Shown in pieces: positions 17,181 through 27,609 of a stretch of DNA of 64,000 nt; positions within the stretch are counted from its first letter, which is position 1, and each line of letters opens with the position of its first letter. The stretch spans positions 3,855 through 67,854 of the forward strand of contig PYIY01000200.1 of assembly GCA_003635195.1 (NCBI GenBank). The letters run 5' to 3'. The stretch is from Candidatus Poribacteria bacterium. Lineage in GTDB: Bacteria; Poribacteria; WGA-4E; WGA-3G. Under the pieces are notes generated by a model that was not told the DNA's origin, did no database searches, and was given only the letters and a program-made list of their open reading frames with translations. The position numbers and the translations under genes are program-made.

Positions 17181-17209
17181 ATTCTAAAATAAATACACTT
17201 TTATGTCAA
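17181..17209 (-). promoter_or_regulatory. sigma70-like promoter TTGACA-N17-TAGAAT
   Basis: Reverse complement reads TTGACA taaaagtgtatttattt TAGAAT. It points toward the HEAT paralog 1 gene. Confidence 0.45.
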
Positions 17210-17342
17210 CAATTTAAGGCACAACTCACAAAGCGGTTCAATTTTCCTATCAGAATACTGTTCATCCATAACCTGCGCAAAAAATGGAAAACTGAACGTC
17301 TCTCTACGGAAAATGCCGTCATATCACAAGGCGAATTTTAGA

Positions 17343-18548
17343 TCACTGAACTTCATTCAGGAGTTGTGCAAGTGGAATTTTGACGAGGTCCTCTTGCTCC
17401 TTTTTGTCGTGGTACTCATGCAGCTTGGACCCAAGATCTTCGATCGTCTTTAGTGCTTTAATCTGTTTTTTAAATGGCTCTCTCCGTAGCAGCTGCACGA
17501 GATAATAGCGATTATCTGGATCGCTAACTGTTCCACCAATAAGTAGCATAGTGGCACGTTTTGCGAGACCTCTGGCGAGTTTGTTCTGTCCATAAACGTC
17601 AAGCGTCTGAATCGCTGCCTGCTTCGGGTCCTTGCTCAATTCACCAGTGAGGATATTCATAAGTTCATCGGTAGCGGCTGCATCCCTATGGACTGCAAGT
17701 GCCTCTACAAGCGCTGTGACGACTTCGGAATCCTCGTCTTTTAGCCCTGCGATGAGCGTTTTCGGTGATATCCCGTCAATATCTACCATTGCTTTCGCGG
17801 CGGCACGGCGCACCGCAATATCACTATGACTGATACCATTGATGATGTCTTTCTTATACGATGCCTCTCCGAGCTGATAGAGTGTCGTGTTAATCTGCAT
17901 GGCGAGTCCGGGGTCTATAGTTGCTTCGGTTTGAACGGATTTCAATGCATCTACGGCTTTCGCGTCGCCGATTTCAGCCAATACTTGAACCAATTTACCT
18001 TTGAGAACGGGTGACGTAGTTTCATTGGTAAGTCTGGCTAAAATGAGATCCAATTCATCAGGTCCCATATCAACCAACATCTGTGTAAAATCGGCGTGAA
18101 GCAACGGATACCTTCCCTTAGCAAGACTGTCAAGAATTAAGACAGCTGCCTCATGTCCTTTATCCACGAGTGCTTGTAAACCTGCTTTTCGTACTTGTCC
18201 TGCTGAAGGTTGACTGAGTACTTGTAGGATGTGTTTCATCTCAGCCTCTGTAAGTGCTTCAATCCGCTGACTCCGTTGGTTTTTGAACTTGGCTTCATCG
18301 CCGCCCCTATTGGCATCTCCAGTGGAAAGTCCATAAGAATAAGCGATAAGAAGCAGTGCGCGAGGTTCGAGTTTATTGACCTCTTCCTCTTCTGCTTTTT
18401 CAAGATGTCCGACGGCTTCCAAGGCGTTTCCGCTGTGAATCAATTTGCTCTTACCTACAGATAAATTGCTCGGTCCCTTCTGTTTTGTTTCACATCCAAA
18501 ACTCGCGAGCAACAGGACAACGAGTGGAATGATTACAATCTTTTTCAT
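17343..18548 (-). CDS. HEAT-repeat lipoprotein (paralog 2)
   Basis: MKKIVIIPLVVLLLASFGC signal/lipobox. Collinear with 15716-16912 (LEAVGHLEKAEEEEVNKLEPRALLLIAYS vs LEAVEHLERAEQEEQNKVEPRALLVIAYS). Confidence 0.6.
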   Translation of the reverse strand: MKKIVIIPLVVLLLASFGCETKQKGPSNLSVGKSKLIHSGNALEAVGHLEKAEEEEVNKLEPRALLLIAYSYGLSTGDANRGGDEAKFKNQRSQRIEALTEAEMKHILQVLSQPSAGQVRKAGLQALVDKGHEAAVLILDSLAKGRYPLLHADFTQMLVDMGPDELDLILARLTNETTSPVLKGKLVQVLAEIGDAKAVDALKSVQTEATIDPGLAMQINTTLYQLGEASYKKDIINGISHSDIAVRRAAAKAMVDIDGISPKTLIAGLKDEDSEVVTALVEALAVHRDAAATDELMNILTGELSKDPKQAAIQTLDVYGQNKLARGLAKRATMLLIGGTVSDPDNRYYLVQLLRREPFKKQIKALKTIEDLGSKLHEYHDKKEQEDLVKIPLAQLLNEVQ

Positions 18549-18755
18549 TATGATTTACTTTCCTCCTGACTTTTGTAGTAAGGCTTCTCCGAATACGCGT
18601 TGCACTTTGTAATATACACTTGTAACCGCGCGCTATGTTACATTGTGACTTTGGAAATATCCCCTATAACAATACCACAAAATCTTGAAAAAGTCAAGTG
18701 TAGATTTTGATTCCGCAGAGATATTCAGTTATCACTTGCCAATTAATTGAATGGG

Positions 18756-18784
18756 TTGACACGTGCGTTGGTTTTGATTATACT
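18756..18784 (+). promoter_or_regulatory. sigma70-like promoter TTGACA-N17-TATACT
   Basis: TTGACA cgtgcgttggttttgat TATACT, 51 nt upstream of the M14 peptidase start. Confidence 0.55.
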
Positions 18785-18834
18785 AAAGACTGAATGAACT
18801 TCAACAACTCGCGCCTATAGGAAAGGAATTTTTT

Positions 18835-21546
18835 ATGAATTTTCTCAGATCTTTTTGCGTCAATTCCGTATTGCCATCTCGCCAACGAAAAGCAGGTTTT
18901 CAAGAAATTAGAGCGACAAAACTATGGCGTACCCTTGGTGTGCTGATTATCTGCACGATTTTGCTCCAAGGCCCGACAGCCGCGCAGCTAATGGCACCGG
19001 AAGAGGTCCTCGGATTTCAGGTCGGTTCGGATTATCAAGTGGCAGGCTGGAAAACTGTCTCCGATTATACGCGTCATGTCGCAGCAAACTCGGATCGGGT
19101 TTTGGTGGAAGAACTCGGAAAAACGACTGAGGGCAACGATCTTCTGATGCTGCTGATCTCTGCACCGGAGAACTTGGAAAATCTGGTGCGCTATCAGCAG
19201 ATCCAAAGCGAAATTGCCCTACCCACAAAACCGGCTGCTGAACTGGATGCGCTCGCGCAAGAGGGCAAAGCGGTCGTGCTGATTAATTGTAATCTCCATT
19301 CCACAGAGATCGCCTCTTCACAGATGTCAATGGAACTTGCACATCAATTCGCAACAGCCGAAACACCAGAAATTAAAGAGATCCTTGAAAATGTGATAAT
19401 TCTGCTCATCCCTTCCGCAAATCCAGACGGGTTAAACATCGTAGTGGATTGGTACAACCGTACCGTCGGTACGCCTCACGAGGGGTCGGAAATCCCGTGG
19501 TTGTATCATAAATATACAGGACATGATAACAATCGCGACTGGTTTATGCTGACACAAACAGAAACGCAGTTGCTGACGCGCGTGCTTTATGAAGAGTGGT
19601 TTCCAGAAGTGGTCTACGACGTGCATGAGATGAGTTACCGCGGTCCTCGGTTTGTAATCCCACCGTATTTTGAGCCGGTTAATCCGAATATTCCGCCGCT
19701 CTTACAGCGGACGCTTTCGCTTATTGGTGCGCAACTTGCCTTTGATATGACGAGTGAAGGATTTACAGGTGTGCTTTCAAGTGCTGTCTATGATACATGG
19801 TGGCACGGCGGATTTCGGACAGTGCCGTATCGTCATAACATGGTCGGCATTTTGACGGAAGCAGCGCGCGTGGAAATCGCAACGCCAATTTTCCAACCCC
19901 ATCACACCTTAAAAGGCTATCGGCGTGGGCTTGATCAATATGCCCTTCGCACCAATTTTCCTGAACCGTGGCCTGGAGGATGGTGGCGATTGCGCAATAT
20001 TGTAGATTATGAGAAGGCGGCAGCCCTCTCAATCCTTAGCTTCGTTGCTGAGCATCGGGTAATGTTGAAAACAAATTTTTACAAGATGGGACTCGCTGCA
20101 ATCGCAAAAGGGCAGGATGAACCCCCGCGCGCGTTTCTCATCCCGACTGAACAACGCGATATCCATACAACGCTTAAGATGCTGGACATTCTGAAACGTG
20201 GCGGCGTACAGGTTCATCAGGCGAACGCGCCGTTTATCGCTGATGGTGTAGAATATCCGGCAGATACCTACGTTGTTTTAATGTCCCAACCGTTTCGGGC
20301 ACATGCGAAGGATCTGCTTGAAGTACAACGCTATCCTGAACGTCGTCCATCGCCCGAATCACCGCCTGAACGCCCTTACGACATCGCAGGTTGGACGCTA
20401 CCGTTACAGATGGGGGTGCGGACGATAGCGGTTGTGCATCCATTCGAGGCGGATTTAAGGCAGCTACCGATGCTTCCAGCGGTGCAAGGCACACTGGATG
20501 GCACCCCTGAACCGACAAGTTACCTGTTCGAGAATAGAACAAACGCTGAAGCATTTTTTCTCAACCATCTGTTCAACGCAAGATTCGGCGACAACAGCCC
20601 TAAATATAAGCTTTACTGGGCAGAACGGAACGTAGAACTCGCAGGCAAAACGTTGCCACCCGGGGCTATCCTGATCCAGACTGCGGAACCGCCACTCCAT
20701 CAAATGGCGGAGTTGAACGCACTTGCATCGGAATACGGCATCCACATCCACGCTGATGCCTCTATTGATGAAGAAGAACTCAATCGTAGATTCTCAAGAG
20801 TAGATGCGCCGCGCCTTGGTCTTTACAAACCGTGGACAGCGAATATGGACGAAGGGTGGACGCGCTGGGTCTTGGATACATACGGATTCAATTATAATAG
20901 TCTCACGAATGCAGAAATTCGCGCGGGGGATTTGGCAACGCGGTACGATGCTATCATCTTGCCGGATCTGGGTGCCTCTGGCATTCTCAATGGACATGCA
21001 GCAGGAAAATTACCACCGGAATACACGGGTGGTATTGGGACTGAAGGGTTAGCGAATTTGCGCAGGTTCGTAGAGGACGGTGGGACGCTTATCTGTTTGA
21101 ATCGTGCAACAGAACTGCCTTTGAAATACTTTGGACTCGGTGAAAAGGGTATCGTTAATGTCGTCGAAAAAAATAATCAACCAAACGAAGACGCGTTTTT
21201 CTGCCCTGGTTCATTACTGCGTGTCCGGATAGACACAAGGCATCCGATCGGACACGGGTTAGACAGCGAGATGGCAATCTTTTTTAAATCGGGGCCTGTA
21301 TTTGCTGCCGAACGCGGTGGTGCGGAAGTTATAGCAACGTATCCAGAGTTTAATCCGTTGATGAGCGGTTGGCTTGAGGGTGAAAAACGGATACGACAGA
21401 AAGCCGCACTGTTAGAAGTCCTTTTAGGGGATGGGCGCGTTATTCTCTTCGGGTTTAAACCACAACATCGCGGGCAATCCTACGGGACCTTTAAGCTGCT
21501 CTTCAATGCGATTTTTTATAGTGCGATATCAGAAGATCGGTTTTAG
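18835..21546 (+). CDS. M14-family zinc carboxypeptidase-like protein with large C-terminal extension
   Basis: NLHSTEIAS (HxxE), PSANPDG, GHDNNRDWF and DVHEMS (distal His). N-terminal hydrophobic signal/anchor. Length 903 aa. Confidence 0.65.
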   Translation: MNFLRSFCVNSVLPSRQRKAGFQEIRATKLWRTLGVLIICTILLQGPTAAQLMAPEEVLGFQVGSDYQVAGWKTVSDYTRHVAANSDRVLVEELGKTTEGNDLLMLLISAPENLENLVRYQQIQSEIALPTKPAAELDALAQEGKAVVLINCNLHSTEIASSQMSMELAHQFATAETPEIKEILENVIILLIPSANPDGLNIVVDWYNRTVGTPHEGSEIPWLYHKYTGHDNNRDWFMLTQTETQLLTRVLYEEWFPEVVYDVHEMSYRGPRFVIPPYFEPVNPNIPPLLQRTLSLIGAQLAFDMTSEGFTGVLSSAVYDTWWHGGFRTVPYRHNMVGILTEAARVEIATPIFQPHHTLKGYRRGLDQYALRTNFPEPWPGGWWRLRNIVDYEKAAALSILSFVAEHRVMLKTNFYKMGLAAIAKGQDEPPRAFLIPTEQRDIHTTLKMLDILKRGGVQVHQANAPFIADGVEYPADTYVVLMSQPFRAHAKDLLEVQRYPERRPSPESPPERPYDIAGWTLPLQMGVRTIAVVHPFEADLRQLPMLPAVQGTLDGTPEPTSYLFENRTNAEAFFLNHLFNARFGDNSPKYKLYWAERNVELAGKTLPPGAILIQTAEPPLHQMAELNALASEYGIHIHADASIDEEELNRRFSRVDAPRLGLYKPWTANMDEGWTRWVLDTYGFNYNSLTNAEIRAGDLATRYDAIILPDLGASGILNGHAAGKLPPEYTGGIGTEGLANLRRFVEDGGTLICLNRATELPLKYFGLGEKGIVNVVEKNNQPNEDAFFCPGSLLRVRIDTRHPIGHGLDSEMAIFFKSGPVFAAERGGAEVIATYPEFNPLMSGWLEGEKRIRQKAALLEVLLGDGRVILFGFKPQHRGQSYGTFKLLFNAIFYSAISEDRF

Positions 21547-21655
21547 CGAATTTTCCGCTTGCCAAAACAATATCAAATGGACTAAAATTGTTTGATACAG
21601 AAATCGATGAATACCAACACTATTGACTTTAGAATGATAAAATAAGGAAGACAAA

Positions 21656-22246
21656 ATGGCAGAAACACAACAGAATCAACCAAGATCCAAATTGCCATCA
21701 GCGCAACACACACTTTTAACAGCTGAGGATCTGTGGAAACAACCTGATGATGGGTATCGGTATGAATTGGTGAAAGGGGTCATACGTAGAATGCCACCTG
21801 CTGGATTTGAACACGGGATCCGATCAGCTAAAATTGGAAGACATCTTGACGCGCACGTTGAAAAACATAAATTAGGCTATGTGTGTGGTGCCGAAACGGG
21901 ATTTAAGATTGCCCAAAATCCAGATACTGTGCGTGCACCAGATGCTGCGTTTGTTCGTCAAGCCACAATTGATGAACGGGGTATTTCAAAGGGTTATTGG
22001 GAAGGAGCCCCCGATCTTGCGGTTGAAGTCATCTCTCCAGGCGATACTTACACTGAAGTCGCAGAAAAAGTGGATGAATGGTTAAATGCGGGGTGTGCGC
22101 TGGTGTGGGTTGTGAATCCGCGTCGAGAAACCGTAGAAGTGTACCGGTCTCCTGAAGACATCACCGTTCTGCATGGAGACGACATCCTTGATGGCGGTGA
22201 CGTTATTGAAGGGTTTCAGTGCAGGATTGGTGATCTATTTACATAA
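21656..22246 (+). CDS. Uma2 (DUF820) family restriction-endonuclease-like protein
   Basis: YELVKGVIRRMPPAGFEHG...PDAAFV...APDLAVEVISPGD matches my recall of the Uma2 PD-(D/E)XK pattern. Confidence 0.7.
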   Translation: MAETQQNQPRSKLPSAQHTLLTAEDLWKQPDDGYRYELVKGVIRRMPPAGFEHGIRSAKIGRHLDAHVEKHKLGYVCGAETGFKIAQNPDTVRAPDAAFVRQATIDERGISKGYWEGAPDLAVEVISPGDTYTEVAEKVDEWLNAGCALVWVVNPRRETVEVYRSPEDITVLHGDDILDGGDVIEGFQCRIGDLFT

Positions 22247-22266
22247 AACTGAATGGTAGGTATCTT

Positions 22267-24339
22267 ATGTTCGCGACGACGGATAAGACACTCGTTAGTT
22301 GGTTCTGTTTTGATGAGGAAGCCCCAAAGCATTGCAGCGTGATTACCGTGCAGGCGGCAGAGAAATATGACGCACTCGCTTTTGGACAGGATGCGCCGAG
22401 TAAGTGGTCCACCGCCAGTGATGATAACACTCGCACACAAACCGCTGAACAACTCGCGCAAAATCCAGCACAAGAAATTGTACTCGGACAGTTCATGATG
22501 ATGGCAGCCGTTTACAAGGACAACACGGTCACCATTTACCGCGATGGGGAAGTGTACGCCGACTACACCATCGAAGAGCCGTTCGATTTTCTGAACAGCC
22601 CCTACCTACAACTCGTAATTGGCTCGGTCAATTTAAATCCGAACTATGCCACATCATTCAAAGGGAAAATCAAGGATGTCCGGATTTATGCCCAGGCTTT
22701 GACGCAAGATCAGATTAAGGACTTGAGACCGAACGCTCCCTCGGCAATTCAACCCTTCAGCTGGTACGATTTCTCGAAAGACGGTTGGTGGGTAGATCGT
22801 GCCGGAAAATTCCCTGAGTTTAGAAACATTGCAGCGATAAAAGAGAACGATGCAGACGCGTATATTGTTTTCGATCGAGACGACAGACACATGTTTACCT
22901 TGGACAACGAAGCGGTCCGGATTGCACGTGATTTTCGTCAACGGCTGATGCATGACCCGAGTCGCCCGACATATCATTTGGTTAATTCCGAAGGTGATAA
23001 CGAAAGGAACTATTCAACCGACCCCAATTTCATGATCTACTGGAAAGGTCAGTACCATTTCGGTTATATGTGCAAAGGCGACGAACACGCTTTCGGGCAC
23101 TTCACGAGTACCGATCTCGTTCATTGGCGGCGACGTGGGGACTGTGCTTTAGGCAGCGGCGGTTGTGGTACGGGTGGTACGATTATCACGAAAGACGGCA
23201 AAAAAGTTATCTTCGTCGGCATATTCGGCGGTCGTCCGACTTATGTCGAGGCTTCGGATGAACATCTGGAGGATTGGTCTAAACCGATTGAGATTGAGGT
23301 GCCGCAAGAGGCACGGGATGCCGATTATTGGGTATTCTGGGATCCGACGGCTTGGGTTGAAGGAGATTACTACTATATATTTTCCGGTGATCACCCCATG
23401 GAGGATACACGACCAGGGTTAGGTAACTGGTATAAACGAACGACACTGATGCGCTCCAAAGACTTTAAGAAGTGGGAATTTCTCGGTGAATTTATGACGA
23501 AAGAGTTACCGGGACTTGAGAAACACGATCATTCTTGCACGGATTTCTTTAAACTCGGCGACAAGCACATGATGCTACTGATCAGCCATAGTTGGGGGGC
23601 GCGGTACTATCTGGGTGAATGGAAGGATAACAAGTTCACACCCGAGTTCCATACCAAGATGAGTTGGACTAACAATTATCGCGGCATACCCATCTATTGG
23701 GCACCCAAAACCTTCCTCACACCAGATGGACGCAGAGTCGTCATTACCAATATACAGGTTAACCTCGGCAACACTTTATGGAGCTGTATATTCTCATTGC
23801 CTTGGGAGTTGAGTCTGCCTGATGATGGAATTGTGCGTATTAAACCGGTTCGTGAGCTTGAGTGTTTGCGCTACAATGAAATGGTTGAGAAGGACATTAG
23901 GGTCAAAAACGGCGAGGACTACAGGCTGAAGGAAATCTCAGGTGATACGGTTGAATTGAATGTCACAATCAAGCCTACCGAAGCGAGGGACTATGGCGTA
24001 AAAGTGTTCTGTGACAAAGATAATCAAAATGGGATGGAGATCTTCTACTCAGCCGACGAGAAGACAATCTCGATAGGTGATGGCAATGAAGAGCAAAAAC
24101 TTTATGGTAGTTCACAACCTTATGGCGTTGCGCCGTTTGCGTTGAAAGCTGGCGAAGATTTGAACTTACGGATATTCATTGACAGAGCACTCGTGGAAGT
24201 CTTCATCAATGAACGTCAAGCAGTCGTACAGAGTCAACTGCATAAGCCGGAAGATGTTGGCATCTGCCTTTACAGCATCGGCGGGGACATTAAGGCAGAC
24301 GTAACGGGTTGGAAAATGGCGGCGGCGAACCAATGGTGA
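22267..24339 (+). CDS. LamG-like domain fused to GH32-like five-bladed beta-propeller plus beta-sandwich
   Basis: TDPNFMIYWKGQYHFGY aligns to the WMNDPNG block. FWDPTAW aligns to the RDP block. HSCTDFFKLG aligns to the WECPD block. The N-terminus has a concanavalin/LamG-like IKDVRIYAQALTQDQI. Confidence 0.55.
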   Translation: MFATTDKTLVSWFCFDEEAPKHCSVITVQAAEKYDALAFGQDAPSKWSTASDDNTRTQTAEQLAQNPAQEIVLGQFMMMAAVYKDNTVTIYRDGEVYADYTIEEPFDFLNSPYLQLVIGSVNLNPNYATSFKGKIKDVRIYAQALTQDQIKDLRPNAPSAIQPFSWYDFSKDGWWVDRAGKFPEFRNIAAIKENDADAYIVFDRDDRHMFTLDNEAVRIARDFRQRLMHDPSRPTYHLVNSEGDNERNYSTDPNFMIYWKGQYHFGYMCKGDEHAFGHFTSTDLVHWRRRGDCALGSGGCGTGGTIITKDGKKVIFVGIFGGRPTYVEASDEHLEDWSKPIEIEVPQEARDADYWVFWDPTAWVEGDYYYIFSGDHPMEDTRPGLGNWYKRTTLMRSKDFKKWEFLGEFMTKELPGLEKHDHSCTDFFKLGDKHMMLLISHSWGARYYLGEWKDNKFTPEFHTKMSWTNNYRGIPIYWAPKTFLTPDGRRVVITNIQVNLGNTLWSCIFSLPWELSLPDDGIVRIKPVRELECLRYNEMVEKDIRVKNGEDYRLKEISGDTVELNVTIKPTEARDYGVKVFCDKDNQNGMEIFYSADEKTISIGDGNEEQKLYGSSQPYGVAPFALKAGEDLNLRIFIDRALVEVFINERQAVVQSQLHKPEDVGICLYSIGGDIKADVTGWKMAAANQW

Positions 24340-24486
24340 TACCACCCACACGCTAAAGCGTGGAGCTTCGGCTTCATACTCTCACTGCGAGGCATGCGGT
24401 TTTCTCAAAAAGTCCACCGTCTTATTTTCGCTCCACCAGCAGGCAATTCCCTGAAACTCTGAAAAGCACTTTCATCTCAAAACTAC

Positions 24487-27400
24487 TTATTTCGTCCCTT
24501 TCTTTAGGATTGCCCAACGGGTTAGGGATCGATTCTTAGCTGTGAAAATGCCTTTTAATCGTTGTGTCGTAAGCAATTCGCTGATGCCATCAAAAGACAT
24601 ATCTTCCAGGCGATAATAGTATTCTATGTTCGTCTTTGCAGTTGTGTCTGTCCATGAATACGCGTTGCGTTCACTGGTTGTGCCAGCACCTTGAATCAGA
24701 CGCGCATTGACTTTGACGAACGGGCCCTGTTTAGCTTCACTCCGAAAGATATTAAAGCCAGCGTTCTCAATCTCCGATGCTGTCGTCCAACTCAGAACAA
24801 CCCCACCATCTTCCGCTATCTGAGGGATAAACGAAGAAAGCGTAACAGGCAACGGGTCTGCACCTTCTGTCCTATAGCCAGGGGTGCCGATGTCTGTCGG
24901 ATGACCGTAATAATACTTACTCCGCTTACTTTCTGTAAGGGCATCTACCTCATCAGCAGGAAACCAGCCAAATTTCGCCATACCAAAACGAAAATTATAC
25001 TTACGAGATTTAACTGATTTTAATCTTCTAACGAGTGATATTCTTCTATCCTTGTTAACAGAACTGCGAGTTCTCGCAGATATTCTCCATTGCCTCTCAT
25101 CATTCTCGTTGAGGTTGCCGATTCTGTCAACAGGATTCCCCTCATCATCCTGCAGCTCTAATACAATCGCTTTTCCTGTCCATAAACGCTGCGAAGATTG
25201 CAATGCGGAAACCTTACCCTGTAAATTTTTGGAAAAAGAGCCGCCATAGAGGCTTGCTGAATAACTAACTATCAACCCAGCTTGCTTCGCTTTTACCGTT
25301 AGAGACTTTAGGGTATGTGATTCGAGTATATGAACATTCTCATCGCCGTCCATATATCGTCCGACAATCTTCCAGTCCCTTAGATTAATATCTTTGTCAG
25401 TTGTATTATACACCTCTATCCATTGAGGCATGTTATTGAGGCTTGATAGCATCCATTCACTAAAGACAACTTTGCCAACACCCTCCCTTTCATAATCGAA
25501 AGGTTTTATCGTGTGATTTACAGGTGTTACGGGTTTTGGCAAAGTTCCGCCGCCTCCTGAACTTTGGTTGTTCGTCGGTGGTTGTACAGTTGGCTGTGTG
25601 TCCTCTTGCGTCGTATTCTTTTGCTCTTGCGTATCTTCCTCGTCCTGTGTGTCTTCCTCAATCGGCTCTGTATTACCATTGCCAGAATCATCAGGCTGTT
25701 GCTGTGGTGGTTGAACTGGCGGTTGAACTGGCGGAGTGTTTGACTGTTGCGTGCCACCACTGGAAGGTGGCGTAGACGGTTGCACCACAGCTTCGCTAAC
25801 ATCTGTAACGTTAATCGTGACGCTTATGCTGTCAGTGCCACCCTTGCCATCACTAACAGTGACAGTAACAGTATAAGATGTCTTTGTTTCATAGTCTAAC
25901 GCTGCACTGGTTTGCAGTTGCCCGGTAGTGCTGACGATACGAAACGCTGCCGCATCCGTGCCACTTAGGGTATAGGTGAGTGTATCGCCGTCCGCATCCG
26001 TCGCAGAGACAGCAGCACCTATACTTGCGCCTGAACTCGTATTCTCCGAAATACTCCGTGTCGTTGAAGCACCATCAGTAAATACAGGAGGGTTATTCTG
26101 CGTTGCTGGTGGTTGCTGCGTGTCGTCAGGTGGCTGAACAGACGGTTGCACAGATCGCTGAACAGGTGGTCTATTCTCATTGATGTCTGTGATATTGATA
26201 GTAACAGCAATGCTATCCGAACCACCATTGCTATCAGAGACATTTACCGTTACATCATAGGTGTTTTTAGTTTCATAATCTAAAGCGGCAGCCGTGCGCA
26301 ACTGTCCCGTGCTACTATCAATACTGAATGACGAGGCATCCGTCCCACTGAGGCTATAAGTCAGCGTATCACCACTATCGGCATCTGTTGCGGATATAGG
26401 ATTACCTATAGCTATATCAGCACCTGTGTTTTCTGCGATACTCCGAGTCGTTGAGGCACCATCGGAAAATACAGGTAGATTGTTCCGCTGAATAGGCAGT
26501 TGAACAGGTTGCTGCGCAGTGTTCTGCCGCGTGCTCGCGGCCCCTTGTGCACCCGCGTTCGGATTGGTATGCTGTTGTCGTTGGGCCACTCTTGGAACTT
26601 CAACTTCCACAATCGTGCTTGTAGAGGTCGTTCCAACCGACGCGGTGACTGTGTATGATCCCGAGGCATCAGTGCCAAGGTTCAACGTCGTCTGTGCTTC
26701 TCCATCGCCATCGGTTGTCGCGCTTGTGGGACTTAACGACGCTGTCCCATCATCCGGACTCACACTAAATATCACACTTTGATCTGGTGCCGGGTTAGTA
26801 TCTTTTTTCGCCTCAACGGTAAATGTAACCGTATCACCGGGTTCAAAATTTGAATTATTTGTAGATATTGAGAGCAATATTACCTCCGGCGATAACGGGG
26901 GCGATGCTGATGCTTCAACTGTCACAGTTGCAACGTCAAGTCGACCATCGCTGAGTGTTGCTGAGACACTGTATGAACCAGAGGCATCGCTCCCTATACT
27001 CAACGAGGTACTTGCCTTTCCATTGCTATCAGTTGTTGCGCTTGTGGAACTCAACGACGCGGTTCCAGCGACTGGAATAAAATCAATGTCGGTTGAAGTA
27101 CCGGTATATCGAATAATTCCAAACGTCAATGCCTGACCTGATGCGGGGTTGTTATTTTCCGTGACGGTGGCAGTAAATGTAACCGTATCACCGGGGTTAG
27201 CATTTGAATTACTTGAAGATATAGAGATCGATAGCGGCGGTAAGGTCCCAACTGTCACGGTTCTACTCACTGAAGCAGTGCCGGACGAGGCCGTGACTGT
27301 GTATGTGCCGGAGGCATCGTCTCCTAATACCAATGTCGCAGATGACCTTCCGTTGTTACCAGTTACTGTGCTTGTAAGACCACCAAGCACTGACAAAGTC

Positions 27401-27609
27401 CCATCGTCCGGTTCTATACTAAACGTCACTGTTTGACCTGACAATGGACTCCTATCCTCCCGAACCTCAACTATAAACGTTAACCAATCACCCGGATCGC
27501 CGGCTCCAGGACTATTTATCACAACTACAGATAGGTCTGCCATTGCCACGAATGGCATTAATAAACAAATCAAAAATAGGAATATAAAACCAATCAGTTG
27601 CTTTTTCAT
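24487..27609 (-). CDS. Secreted adhesin-like protein: 3 Big-like domains, 2 cadherin-like domains, Pro/Gln-rich linkers, lamin-tail (LTD)-like domain
   Basis: Signal peptide present. Big-like repeats GDTVTFT...DASGSYTVTAS. Cadherin-like repeats PVF(S/T)DGASTTRSI.EN...ATDAD..TLTY(S/T)LSGTDA..F.I...TGQL.T.AALDYETK. LTD-like FSEWM...QWIEVYNTTDKDINLRDWKI. GAGGTG RBS. Confidence 0.7.
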   Translation of the reverse strand: MKKQLIGFIFLFLICLLMPFVAMADLSVVVINSPGAGDPGDWLTFIVEVREDRSPLSGQTVTFSIEPDDGTLSVLGGLTSTVTGNNGRSSATLVLGDDASGTYTVTASSGTASVSRTVTVGTLPPLSISISSSNSNANPGDTVTFTATVTENNNPASGQALTFGIIRYTGTSTDIDFIPVAGTASLSSTSATTDSNGKASTSLSIGSDASGSYSVSATLSDGRLDVATVTVEASASPPLSPEVILLSISTNNSNFEPGDTVTFTVEAKKDTNPAPDQSVIFSVSPDDGTASLSPTSATTDGDGEAQTTLNLGTDASGSYTVTASVGTTSTSTIVEVEVPRVAQRQQHTNPNAGAQGAASTRQNTAQQPVQLPIQRNNLPVFSDGASTTRSIAENTGADIAIGNPISATDADSGDTLTYSLSGTDASSFSIDSSTGQLRTAAALDYETKNTYDVTVNVSDSNGGSDSIAVTINITDINENRPPVQRSVQPSVQPPDDTQQPPATQNNPPVFTDGASTTRSISENTSSGASIGAAVSATDADGDTLTYTLSGTDAAAFRIVSTTGQLQTSAALDYETKTSYTVTVTVSDGKGGTDSISVTINVTDVSEAVVQPSTPPSSGGTQQSNTPPVQPPVQPPQQQPDDSGNGNTEPIEEDTQDEEDTQEQKNTTQEDTQPTVQPPTNNQSSGGGGTLPKPVTPVNHTIKPFDYEREGVGKVVFSEWMLSSLNNMPQWIEVYNTTDKDINLRDWKIVGRYMDGDENVHILESHTLKSLTVKAKQAGLIVSYSASLYGGSFSKNLQGKVSALQSSQRLWTGKAIVLELQDDEGNPVDRIGNLNENDERQWRISARTRSSVNKDRRISLVRRLKSVKSRKYNFRFGMAKFGWFPADEVDALTESKRSKYYYGHPTDIGTPGYRTEGADPLPVTLSSFIPQIAEDGGVVLSWTTASEIENAGFNIFRSEAKQGPFVKVNARLIQGAGTTSERNAYSWTDTTAKTNIEYYYRLEDMSFDGISELLTTQRLKGIFTAKNRSLTRWAILKKGTK

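Noticed and set aside
24352-24368. Short hairpin CACGC-TAAA-GCGTG after the GH32-like gene, as an intrinsic terminator.
   Set aside because: It has only a 5-bp stem and no downstream T-run.
24487-24850. C-terminal ~120 aa of the adhesin as a T9SS sorting domain, which would fit the SprA-like gene.
   Set aside because: The sequence (LSWTTASEIENAGFNIFRS...YYYRLEDMSFDG...) does not match the Por_Secre_tail pattern as I recall it. It cannot be supported without an HMM.
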